Source of the DNA: a virus
Taxonomy: Duplodnaviria; Caudoviricetes
IMG/VR virus record: IMGVR_UViG_3300048629_000053
Span: 1 to 30,795 of that record
Length of the DNA stretch: 30,795 bases
Reading direction: 5' to 3' (one strand)
Positions 1-8,368 of the stretch are shown here, one piece after another. Numbering within the stretch: the first letter of the stretch is position 1; every line of letters begins with the position of its first letter. The notes under the pieces were generated by a model. That model did no database searches, was not told where the DNA came from, and saw only the letters and a list, made by a program, of their open reading frames with translations. The translations under genes and the position numbers were made by a program.

Positions 1-142
1 TTTGTAAGTATGCGTAATTGCAGAGAAAAACTAAAAAGGGCCGAAAATACGATCCATATGAGCCCTAAAAATGGTTTAGGTCAAAAAACACGCTTTTTTA
101 ACTATGCGAAATGGTTAAAGAAAACACGGAAAGCAGGTAAAA

Positions 143-331
143 ATGAAGAAAGTTAAGAAAATAGTGCCCTTGATGGAGCGCGAACGCATCAAACATGCGA
201 TAGATGTTGCGGTTGAGAGATACCACAAAACCGCTGGACGTCGTATTATGCTCAAATACGCCACACGTGGGTTTATCGCGGGTGCGTCGATTGGATTAGG
301 GGTAGGAGTTGTGATAGGGTTGCTAGTATGA
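143..331 (+). CDS. small hypothetical protein with C-terminal transmembrane helix
   Basis: 62 aa; basic N-terminus and hydrophobic C-terminus (GFIAGASIGLGVGVVIGLLV); ATGA overlap with the next gene at 328-331. Confidence 0.6.
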   Translation: MKKVKKIVPLMERERIKHAIDVAVERYHKTAGRRIMLKYATRGFIAGASIGLGVGVVIGLLV

Positions 332-732
332 CACGTGCAAAAATCAAAATTAATTGTACATATAGCGGCCTGATAAACCCAAAAAAGCTGGTCCCACACC
401 CTAAAAACCCGAATCAGCATCCGCAGCGGCAGATTGATATTTTGTGTAGCACTATAACTCAGGTGGGTTTTCGTCGCCCTATCATAGTATCCGAGCGCTC
501 AGGCTTTATAGTAGCAGGCCACGGAAGGCTTCTAGCCGCCCTCCAGTTGGGCATGGATGCCGTTCCGGTGGATACACAGGCCTATGAGAGCGAAGCCGAA
601 GAGTACGCCGATCTCGTTGCGGACAACAGCATTCCCGAGCTGGTCGAGATGGATGAGGTTGTGCTGTCAGGCATAATTGAGGATTTGCGGGAGAAGGAGC
701 GTATCTGGTTCTCTCCCTCTTGTGAGAGTTAA
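328..732 (+). CDS. ParB/Srx N-terminal domain protein
   Basis: LVPHPKNPNQH...GFRRPIIV...IVAGHGRLLAA...LVADN motifs typical of phage ParB-like proteins found upstream of terminase genes. Confidence 0.85.
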   Translation: MTRAKIKINCTYSGLINPKKLVPHPKNPNQHPQRQIDILCSTITQVGFRRPIIVSERSGFIVAGHGRLLAALQLGMDAVPVDTQAYESEAEEYADLVADNSIPELVEMDEVVLSGIIEDLREKERIWFSPSCES

Positions 733-734
733 AA

Positions 735-1274
735 ATGAAAATCGAGCGTAAACCCTACGAACGCAAGCGAAACGAAACCGACCGAGAGTGGCGTTTATTT
801 GTCATATACCGCGATCTCGATGACTTTGACCGCACGTTGGAAAAAGCGGCTGAATATGCGGGCGCTGATGTTGAAGAGCTTGAGCTTTTATACAAAAAAC
901 GCGGATGGCGAAAGCGGATTGACTCCTGGACGGTTGTACAGGACCGAGCCCGGCGTCGCGCTACCCTCAAACAAATAGAGGCAGCACGAGAGAGACAAAT
1001 ACTCCTCGGTGTCAACCTGCAAAAAGTGGGTGGCGCAGCACTGCAAAAATTAGCTGATATGCTGAGGCAGGAACCGGACGCGACCATATCAACCGCGAAC
1101 GTTATCAAGTTAATCCGAGAGGGAGCGGCCTTGGAACGTGTAAATCTGGGAGAGCCCGAAACTATCATTGAGGAGCGAAAAGGGCCGGATGTTGATTTGT
1201 CAAAATTGAGCCTTAAGCAGCTGCGGGAGCTGCGTGAGATTAAAAAAGGTCTCGGCGATGAGGACGAAGATTGA
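735..1274 (+). CDS. putative terminase small subunit
   Basis: directly upstream of and overlapping the TerL gene; YER..NET...F.IYRDL...RTL..A and W..R..SW pattern recalled from HTH-type phage TerS proteins. Confidence 0.65.
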   Translation: MKIERKPYERKRNETDREWRLFVIYRDLDDFDRTLEKAAEYAGADVEELELLYKKRGWRKRIDSWTVVQDRARRRATLKQIEAARERQILLGVNLQKVGGAALQKLADMLRQEPDATISTANVIKLIREGAALERVNLGEPETIIEERKGPDVDLSKLSLKQLRELREIKKGLGDEDED

Positions 1275-2725
1275 CCGATTTTGATTTTATAGCCGAGCTG
1301 GATGAGCGTGAGCTGGATAAAGAACTGGCCTCGCGCTCACTGCATGAGTTTGTAAAATTAGTCTGGCCGGTTGTAGAGCCTCAAAGAAAATTTATAGACA
1401 ATTGGCATATAGGCAGTGTGTGTGAGCACCTGGAGGCCGCGTTTACTGGCGAGTTGCGGCGGCTGGTTATAAATGAGCCTCCAGGGTGTATGAAGTCACT
1501 CGCAGTATCAGTAATTTTCCCTGCCTGGGCATGGATACACCGGCAGGAAACCCGGTTCATTTTCGCGTCATATGGCGACTCGGTTGTGCGTAGGGACTCG
1601 CTCAAATGTAGGGGCATTATAGAGAGCCCTTGGTACCAGGACCGTTGGCAAGTAGAGCCCGACCCAAACCGCTGGACCGCTACACATTTTGCCAATAAAC
1701 AAAAGGGGTTCCGTTTCGCAACCACGGTCGCCGGGGCGGTTACAGGCGAGCACGCAGATATTCAAGTCGTCGATGACCCGCTCAAACCCTACGAATTGAC
1801 GCGGTCCATGGTTGTGGCAAAGACGGCGCTTGAAAACGTGATTTCGTGGTGGGATGAAACTATGTCCTCGCGTTTGGTAGATTTTGAGCGCTCTGTGAGA
1901 ATCATAATAATGCAGCGGTTGAACGAAGGGGACCTCGCCGGGCATGTACTTAAAAATCAGGGTTACGAGCACCTCATGCTGCCGATGGAATATGAGCCAT
2001 CACGTAAATGCTACACCTCAATCGGGTTTGAGGACCCACGAGAAAACGAAGGCGAATTGCTCTGGGAGGAAAGGTTTTCGGCTGATGCTATTAAGAGCCT
2101 TAAGGCGGATTTGGGTTCATCGCACGCGGTCGAGGCGCAATTGCAGCAAAACCCGCTCCCACGTGAGGGCAACCAATTTAAACTCGATTGGTTCCAGTAC
2201 TACTCAAAAATCCCGATTGAGTTCGATGTGCAGATTCAGAGTTGGGATTGCACGTTTAAAAAGACCGGATCGAGTTATGTTGTAGGCCAGGTTTGGTGCA
2301 TGGTGGGCGCGAATTATTACCTGCTCGACGAGATACGCGCCCGGATGAGCTTTACCGAGACAACACGCGCAATTAAGAGATTGACCGCAAAATGGCCAAG
2401 GGCGAGAGCTAAATTAGTAGAGGCAAAAGCCAACGGCGACGCGATTGTTGACTATCTAAAAGCCGATGTCTCCGGGCTCAAACTAATAGAGCCCGAGGGC
2501 GGAAAAGAGGCGCGGGCGAGCGCCGTGGAACCGCTCTGGGAAGCTGGAAATGTTTGGTTGCCCACGCCCGAACTTGCGCCCTGGATTAACGACTGGGTAG
2601 ATGAGGTTTCGGGCTTTCCCGGCAGGATTGACGACGACAGAGTTGACTCAATGACACAAGCACTGGTATTTTTAGACCGTAAAAAAATCACGAGGCTCAA
2701 GAGAGCGATGGAGAATTTAAAATGA
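1271..2725 (+). CDS. terL: terminase large subunit
   Basis: Walker A-like INEPPGCMKS, Walker B VVDDP, IIIMQRL coupling motif, nuclease motifs SWDCTFK and DDRVDSMTQAL. Confidence 0.95.
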   Translation: MTDFDFIAELDERELDKELASRSLHEFVKLVWPVVEPQRKFIDNWHIGSVCEHLEAAFTGELRRLVINEPPGCMKSLAVSVIFPAWAWIHRQETRFIFASYGDSVVRRDSLKCRGIIESPWYQDRWQVEPDPNRWTATHFANKQKGFRFATTVAGAVTGEHADIQVVDDPLKPYELTRSMVVAKTALENVISWWDETMSSRLVDFERSVRIIIMQRLNEGDLAGHVLKNQGYEHLMLPMEYEPSRKCYTSIGFEDPRENEGELLWEERFSADAIKSLKADLGSSHAVEAQLQQNPLPREGNQFKLDWFQYYSKIPIEFDVQIQSWDCTFKKTGSSYVVGQVWCMVGANYYLLDEIRARMSFTETTRAIKRLTAKWPRARAKLVEAKANGDAIVDYLKADVSGLKLIEPEGGKEARASAVEPLWEAGNVWLPTPELAPWINDWVDEVSGFPGRIDDDRVDSMTQALVFLDRKKITRLKRAMENLK

Positions 2726-4068
2726 AGGTCACGAGCTTCGGCGAAAAATTAAAAGAAATTGCAGTGCGTTTTGACGGCTGGTCGAACCCTTTTACCGGCC
2801 TGGGCACCTCAAGAGATAAATCAACATATGCCCGGTTTGGGCAGTCCCTCCGGTTATCCGACAAAGAGCTGGATGATTTATATCATACCGATGACATGGC
2901 CTCTCTTATCTGCGATGCGCTTCCGGAAGCAGCCCTCCGGAGAGGGCTATCGGTAGAAATAGCCGATGACCAAGATTTAGAGGCGGGGATAAATGAGCGT
3001 TTGCGGGAGATAGACGCGGCCTCGAAAATTCAGGAAAATGCAATATGGGCCAGGGTATTCGGCGGTTGCTCCCTAATCCCCGGCGTCGATGACGGAAACG
3101 AAAACCTTGATGAGCCCTTGAACGAGGCAAATATCAAGAGTTTCACGCACATAAATATTGTCGATAAACGCTATTTAATCCCGCTCACCTGGTACACCGA
3201 CCCCTCCTCACCTAAATTTGGCGAGCCTGAAAAATACCTTTTGACGCCGAGCGCTGTGTCGGGTCAACAGGTCTATATCAAGGGCTCGACCGAAATACAC
3301 GAATCCCGGATGATCATCATGGGCGGTGTGATGACCTCGATCACGCAGCGACAGCGAAATTACGGATGGCAAGACAGCGTTTTGCAGCGCGTTTATCAGA
3401 CCCTCCGCAGTTTTGGCACGAGCTGGGATTCGCTCAGTAATCTGATACAGGATGCAAATCAAGCCGTGTTTAAAATGGACGGCTTGATTGATGCACTGGC
3501 CGCGAATGAGGAAGGCGTGATTCAAAAGCGGATGCAACTCGTGGATATGGGCCGCTCTGTGATACGAGCCATCGTGTTGGACGCTGACTCAGAGGATTTT
3601 GAGCGCAAGAGCTTCTCGTGGTCTGGCATAGAAAAGCCGTTTGAATTGCTTATTTATAGACTTGCGGCGGCGGCGCGGATGCCTATCACCATGCTGATGG
3701 GTAGAAGCCCGGCTGGCATGAACGCGACCGGCGAGTCGGATTTTCGTATTTGGTACGACCGCGTCCAGGCATACCAGCGACAGGAAATAGCGCCGGTTGC
3801 TGAGCGTATAGCGCGGCTGCTATGCCTTGCTGAGGGTAAAGAATACCCAACAAACGCAGAAATCACATTCCCACCACTCTGGGAACCGACCGCAAAAGAG
3901 ATAGCAGAAACCCAAGAGACTCAATCCAGGGCAGATAAAAATTATATAGAAACAGCGGTATTGCTGCCCGAGGAGGTAGCTATGTCGCGGTTTACGGATA
4001 GAGGCTGGAGCCCTAATACGGCCATCGATGTTGATGCACGGCCGGAACCTGAGCCCGAGGGCGAATAA
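2722..4068 (+). CDS. portal protein (DUF1073-like)
   Basis: follows TerL; WARVFGG, IHESR, P.T.LMGRSPAGMNATGESD...WYD and FPPLW motifs. Confidence 0.9.
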   Translation: MKVTSFGEKLKEIAVRFDGWSNPFTGLGTSRDKSTYARFGQSLRLSDKELDDLYHTDDMASLICDALPEAALRRGLSVEIADDQDLEAGINERLREIDAASKIQENAIWARVFGGCSLIPGVDDGNENLDEPLNEANIKSFTHINIVDKRYLIPLTWYTDPSSPKFGEPEKYLLTPSAVSGQQVYIKGSTEIHESRMIIMGGVMTSITQRQRNYGWQDSVLQRVYQTLRSFGTSWDSLSNLIQDANQAVFKMDGLIDALAANEEGVIQKRMQLVDMGRSVIRAIVLDADSEDFERKSFSWSGIEKPFELLIYRLAAAARMPITMLMGRSPAGMNATGESDFRIWYDRVQAYQRQEIAPVAERIARLLCLAEGKEYPTNAEITFPPLWEPTAKEIAETQETQSRADKNYIETAVLLPEEVAMSRFTDRGWSPNTAIDVDARPEPEPEGE

Positions 4069-4976
4069 TGGCCGACCCGGTAAAAAAGTTTCTTTTAGCT
4101 GAGCGCCGGAAGCAGATGAGCACGCGTGGTGCTACGCTGGAAAATCAACAGCGGCGCTTAAATCAGCCTATACCCGAGCCCCGAGGTGTAGAGTTGGCAT
4201 ACCGTGCTGAGTTGGTAAGACAGCAAAAAGAGATAAACAAACAGATACGCGCCCGGTTGCGTGATAACAAAGCGCTCGCCGATACCGAGAATTCGGATAA
4301 TACGACCGCTTTTTTTGCAGCGCTATCGGCCGCAATATTAACAGCAATAGCAACCTCAGGCGCGACGGCAGTACAAAAGGCGGCGCTCAAAACGCAGGCA
4401 TTTAGTTTTAAAAAATACAACACCCCGGTCGGTAACGCAGTCGGCTTTAACGCAGCCCTTACTGAGCAAGAAATAGGCGCGATTGCGAAGAGTTGGGTTT
4501 CGGAGAATGTGGCGCTTATAAAAAACACGAACGCCCGGCAGGTGAGCCAGATAGAGACGGCGGTATTGCGGGCAGTGCGCTCCGGGCAAACATCGGGCAA
4601 ATTGACAAAAGAGCTGAGCAAGATTTACGGCAAAACGAACCGGCATATAAAATTTATAGCTGATGACCAAATATCAAAACTGGTAGGACAGCTCGATATG
4701 GCAAAACAAACCGCTGCCGGTTTTGACGGTTACTATTGGCGCACAATGCAGGATAAAAGAGTTCGCCCTGCCCATGCAGCGCGTGAGGGAAAATATTTTA
4801 GATGGGACTCACCTCCTGATGATGGCCATCCAGGACAGCCTATAGGTTGCAGGTGCATTGCCGATCCGGCGATTGAGCGATTGACTTTGACCGGGAAACA
4901 ACGGCGATTAGTTGAGGACCAGCGAGCAAGGCTCGCCCACGCCCGGCGGCGGGCAATAGTTGACAACCGGAAATAA
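4068..4976 (+). CDS. head morphogenesis / minor capsid protein (Mu gpF, SPP1 gp7 family)
   Basis: IADDQ..KL...YYWRTMQDKRVRPAH...EGK.FRWD.PP.DGHPG.PI.CRC motif; position after portal. Confidence 0.9.
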   Translation: MADPVKKFLLAERRKQMSTRGATLENQQRRLNQPIPEPRGVELAYRAELVRQQKEINKQIRARLRDNKALADTENSDNTTAFFAALSAAILTAIATSGATAVQKAALKTQAFSFKKYNTPVGNAVGFNAALTEQEIGAIAKSWVSENVALIKNTNARQVSQIETAVLRAVRSGQTSGKLTKELSKIYGKTNRHIKFIADDQISKLVGQLDMAKQTAAGFDGYYWRTMQDKRVRPAHAAREGKYFRWDSPPDDGHPGQPIGCRCIADPAIERLTLTGKQRRLVEDQRARLAHARRRAIVDNRK

Positions 4977-4988
4977 TTCCGTCATGGT
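4960..4988 (+). promoter_or_regulatory. putative sigma70-type promoter with a dyad in the spacer, upstream of the head protease gene
   Basis: TTGACA (4960-4965), 17 bp, CATGGT (4983-4988); inverted repeat CGGAA-ATAA-TTCCG at 4968-4981. Confidence 0.5.
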
Positions 4989-4995
4989 TTAAAAC

Positions 4996-6180
4996 ATGAG
5001 ATTGTATCACACCAGATTTGACGCAGCCGATGAGGTCCAAAGGTTCGATTATTCAGCGGTCGGTTCGCAGATTGAAACCACGCCTCAAGGTTTTTTGCGT
5101 ATACCGGCACACCTAACCCGCGTCGGTGTGGTTACCTATCAGGATAAATCCGGGCATACCATACGCGAATTCAGGCCTCCGGAAGAGGTGAGACACCCCG
5201 ACAGCCTAGCAACACTGCGCAGTGCGCCGGTTACTATTGGTCATGTGGCGATGGTGAACCCGCAAAACGTATCAAACCTCTCCGTGGGCCACACCGGTGA
5301 CACTGTAAAAAGCGGCGACGTGGTTGCGGGCGATGTGATAATCGAGAGGCAGGATGCGGTCGAGCAGGTTAGAGCTAAAAAGCTTGAGGCCCTATCGCCA
5401 GGTTACGTTTGCCAGATAGACACGACCCCTGGCGAGTACAAAGGCCAAAGATACGACCAAATACAGCGTCGAATTAGATATAACCATGTCGCCCTATTGC
5501 CCAAAGGCGCAGGCCGTCAAGGCGATGAGGTAAGTTTGCGTCTCGATGAGGCCGATTTAGTGTCGGTAGAGCGTTGGGATTATGACGATAAAAAACCAGC
5601 CGAGCCGACGCCCGGCGCAACAAAAGGAAAAACCATGGAATTTGACGTGATTGTCGTCAGGTTGGATGGACAGGATGTTGAGCTGAGAGTGCCTAAGGGC
5701 ACGGGCTCAATGGTCAAAGGTCTATTCGAAAAAAATGAGAACGCAAGGCTTGATTCGGTCAAGTCGCTGAGTGAGACAGAAGACAAACTCGCGGCCGCTC
5801 AAAAAGAGCTTGAGGACGCAAAAAAAGCATCTTCGGCTGAGGTAATTCAACAGCGCGTCGATGAGCGTGTTGCTGTAATTGAGCACGCCAAAGAGTTGGC
5901 ACCTAAAGCCGATTTTACGGGCAAAAGCGTCTCTGAAATCCGCGTCGAGGCTCTTAAAGCTTCCGGCGTCGAGGCCTCCAGGCTGGACGGGAAAGACGAG
6001 GCCTATGTCGCCGGGATGTTTGAGTTCGCTAACCCGGCAGCAAAAACCCCGGTCCCCGGCGTATCGCCCGCACCCGGCAAGACCGTAAAGCGTGAGGATG
6101 GAAAAGACGAAGGCGCGAGCGCAGCACGCGAGCGCATGATGGCCCGGAATAGGGACATGTGGAAAGGCGAGGCGAAATAA
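4996..6180 (+). CDS. prohead maturation protease with C-terminal scaffold region (DUF2213-like)
   Basis: TPQGFL...TRVGV..Y...EFRPPEEV....SL.TL...PVT.GH, LSPGY, YDQIQRRIRYNHVAL...GR.G.EV.LRLD; coiled-coil C-terminal half. Confidence 0.9.
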   Translation: MRLYHTRFDAADEVQRFDYSAVGSQIETTPQGFLRIPAHLTRVGVVTYQDKSGHTIREFRPPEEVRHPDSLATLRSAPVTIGHVAMVNPQNVSNLSVGHTGDTVKSGDVVAGDVIIERQDAVEQVRAKKLEALSPGYVCQIDTTPGEYKGQRYDQIQRRIRYNHVALLPKGAGRQGDEVSLRLDEADLVSVERWDYDDKKPAEPTPGATKGKTMEFDVIVVRLDGQDVELRVPKGTGSMVKGLFEKNENARLDSVKSLSETEDKLAAAQKELEDAKKASSAEVIQQRVDERVAVIEHAKELAPKADFTGKSVSEIRVEALKASGVEASRLDGKDEAYVAGMFEFANPAAKTPVPGVSPAPGKTVKREDGKDEGASAARERMMARNRDMWKGEAK

Positions 6181-6689
6181 TGGCTCAAAAAACAGTAACA
6201 GACGAACCCCTCGAAGCTTATGAGGGCAAATTGCAGGAAGCGGCTCAGGTCGTAACTAGCGCAATCGCCACATCGAAAATCTTTTTCGGTAAGGCCGTTA
6301 CGCGGTCAAAAACCGTCGGCGTTGGCGACATAGTCCCCGCCGTGATTCCATACAACGGTACGGATAAATTCGAAGGCTTCGCAATCGCTGACGTGACCAA
6401 AGAGCCCGGCGATGACACCTACGGTGCCTATGCCGCAAAAGAAACCGTATCCATTCTCAAAAAAGGACGGATTTGGGTTGTGACCGGCGACGCGATTACC
6501 AATCTCACAAACGCGGTGTTCGTGAGAAATGCCTCGGGCGGTGCTACACCGGCGCTTGCTCAGGGTGCAGTGCGTTCGACAGCGGCGACGGGTTATGTCA
6601 GTTTAACCGCCATCGCCAACGTCAAATTCGTTGCGTACCGTGTAATTAACTCAGTAAAATTCGCGCTCATCGCGATCAACGAAGGGTAA
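6180..6689 (+). CDS. head decoration / cement protein
   Basis: lies between protease and capsid; IFFGKAV and V.ILKKGRIWV motifs; start moved to ATG 6180 (TAATG overlap, GAGG upstream). Confidence 0.75.
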   Translation: MAQKTVTDEPLEAYEGKLQEAAQVVTSAIATSKIFFGKAVTRSKTVGVGDIVPAVIPYNGTDKFEGFAIADVTKEPGDDTYGAYAAKETVSILKKGRIWVVTGDAITNLTNAVFVRNASGGATPALAQGAVRSTAATGYVSLTAIANVKFVAYRVINSVKFALIAINEG

Positions 6690-6695
6690 GCAGAA

Positions 6696-7643
6696 ATGAA
6701 TCCATTTATACTCGCATTGACAGCCCTAGGAGTTGTTACCGAACGCTGGGATGATGCGTTTACAGCTACCCTGGAAAAACAGCTTGAGTACGTCAAAACT
6801 CAAACCTACGATATTGTCTACCCTGATTTGAAGGCGCGGATGTTTATCCCCGTTTCAAATGAGGCCGACCCCGGCGCGGAGACAATCACCTACAGGCAGT
6901 GGGACGAGTTCGGCATGGCTCAGATCATAGCCAATTATGCAGACGACCTCCCGCTCATTGACGCACTTGTGGACGAGTCAGTACAACGTGTTCGGTCAAT
7001 CGGCGCGGCTTATCAGTACTCAATTCAGGATTTGCGTCGTTCGGCCATGGCGAATAGCAGGCTGGAACAGCGTCGAGCAAGGGCCGCCCGTCGTGCTATT
7101 GAGCAGAAAATCGAGAATATTGCCGCAACCGGCGACACCTCGGTCGGCCTTTATGGTATCGCAAATAACCCGAATGTTACCTCAGTGTCCGCAGTGACCG
7201 GGTCATGGGCAAGTGCGACCGGCGCTCAGATGGTTGCGGATATGAACCATCTCGCCGCGCAATCGGTGACTCTCAACAAGGAAACTTTCCTTCCAGATAC
7301 TCTTTTGCTGGATATAACGAGCTACAACCTGTTCGCAAACACGCGCATTTCCACGACCGGCGACACGCACACTTCCGCTTTAGAAGCGTTTTTGAAGGGC
7401 TCACCCTACGTGAAAGAAGTACATCCCTGGTATAAATTGGCTAAGGCAAATGCTGCCGGTTCCGGGCCTCGCGCTATTTGTTATACGAAAAGCCCCGAGG
7501 TTCTCACATTGGAAATCCCGCAGGAATTCGAGCAAATGCCCCCGCAGGCAAAAAACCTTTCTTTCTTGGTACCAGCTCACGCCCGAATCGGCGGAGTCAT
7601 AATTTACTATCCTATTGGCGTGCACTACATGGATGGTCTCTAA
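6696..7643 (+). CDS. major capsid protein (DUF2184-like, HK97 fold)
   Basis: QLEYVKTQTYDIVYPDLKAR.FIPV, G.AQIIANYADDLP, GD...GLYG..NNPNV, GGVIIYYP...YMDGL. Confidence 0.92.
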   Translation: MNPFILALTALGVVTERWDDAFTATLEKQLEYVKTQTYDIVYPDLKARMFIPVSNEADPGAETITYRQWDEFGMAQIIANYADDLPLIDALVDESVQRVRSIGAAYQYSIQDLRRSAMANSRLEQRRARAARRAIEQKIENIAATGDTSVGLYGIANNPNVTSVSAVTGSWASATGAQMVADMNHLAAQSVTLNKETFLPDTLLLDITSYNLFANTRISTTGDTHTSALEAFLKGSPYVKEVHPWYKLAKANAAGSGPRAICYTKSPEVLTLEIPQEFEQMPPQAKNLSFLVPAHARIGGVIIYYPIGVHYMDGL

Positions 7644-7657
7644 AAACCGTGCAACCT

Positions 7658-7700
7658 GTCGGGGCGGGCGTTTGCACGGGCGCTTGCCTCGGCTCTTTTT
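7658..7700 (+). terminator. putative intrinsic terminator after the capsid gene
   Basis: 13-bp GC-rich stem with 4 G-U pairs (GTCGGGGCGGGCG 7658-7670 / CGCTTGCCTCGGC 7681-7693) followed by TCTTTTT. Confidence 0.65.
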
Positions 7701-7712
7701 CGGAGTTTGAAC

Positions 7713-8078
7713 ATGGAACGAATTATTGTAACAGAGCCTAGAGCGGTAGTATTGCCGCCTGTAGGCGGACACGAAGCTCAAGTGCTTTTACCGGGCGAAA
7801 ACGATGTTGAGGAAGAGGCCTGGGCAAAAGCACAAAAAAACCCGTCGGTCAAGGTAATGCTGGAGGCAGGAACGATTGAACACAAAGGCGCTAGTAAAGA
7901 GCCCGCGAAATCGTCTAAAGGCATGGATGGTTTTACCCCTGCGAAAGCGGCGGCGAAATTGGTCACTATTGAGGATTTGAGCGTGCTCAAAAAACTTCTC
8001 GATGACACCACAAAAAAGACCGTCCGCGCTGTAATCGAGTCTCGTATTGATGAGGTAGCAGCCTCAGAAAGTAGCTAA
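7713..8078 (+). CDS. hypothetical head-associated protein
   Basis: GGAG at 7702-7705 before ATG 7713; LLPGENDV...W pattern; occupies the slot between capsid and head-tail adaptor. Confidence 0.7.
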   Translation: MERIIVTEPRAVVLPPVGGHEAQVLLPGENDVEEEAWAKAQKNPSVKVMLEAGTIEHKGASKEPAKSSKGMDGFTPAKAAAKLVTIEDLSVLKKLLDDTTKKTVRAVIESRIDEVAASESS

Positions 8079-8083
8079 TCAAA

Positions 8084-8368
8084 ATGGCCGTGACTCTCCC
8101 CGGCTTCCGGCAGGCATTTCCCGAATTTGCCGACACCGATGATACCCTGGTAATGCAAAAGTTAAAAGCCGCCGAAACCCGCATAGCTGCCGGAAGCTGG
8201 GGAGACTCCTATAATCAGGGTGTGATGTATCTTGCGGCCCATTTACTATCAATTGCGCCCTCCGGAGAGTTCGCCCGCCTCAAAAAAGAGAATAGAGTTA
8301 CAACGTATCAACTCGAATGGGAACGCATGAAAAAAGAGGTAACAATGGGCCTCGGGCGTTTGGCGTGA
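8084..8368 (+). CDS. head-tail adaptor (DUF4054-like)
   Basis: FRQAFPEFAD...WG......MYLAAHLL...TTYQ.E motif. Confidence 0.8.
   Translation: MAVTLPGFRQAFPEFADTDDTLVMQKLKAAETRIAAGSWGDSYNQGVMYLAAHLLSIAPSGEFARLKKENRVTTYQLEWERMKKEVTMGLGRLA

Noticed and set aside
1-142. AT-rich leader with repeated AATGGTT (70-76, 110-116), similar to ATGGTT at 4984
   Set aside because: No convincing -35/-10 pair; the motif is too short to call a late promoter without more copies
7644-7700. Possible ribozyme or riboswitch in the structured post-capsid spacer
   Set aside because: I could not match hammerhead, HDV-like or common riboswitch core sequences; kept as a terminator/attenuator. An Rfam scan would settle it
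7478-7741. -1 frame ORF crossing the capsid stop, a possible T7 10B-like frameshift extension
   Set aside because: No properly framed slippery heptamer just before the stop, and the short extension does not look like a domain
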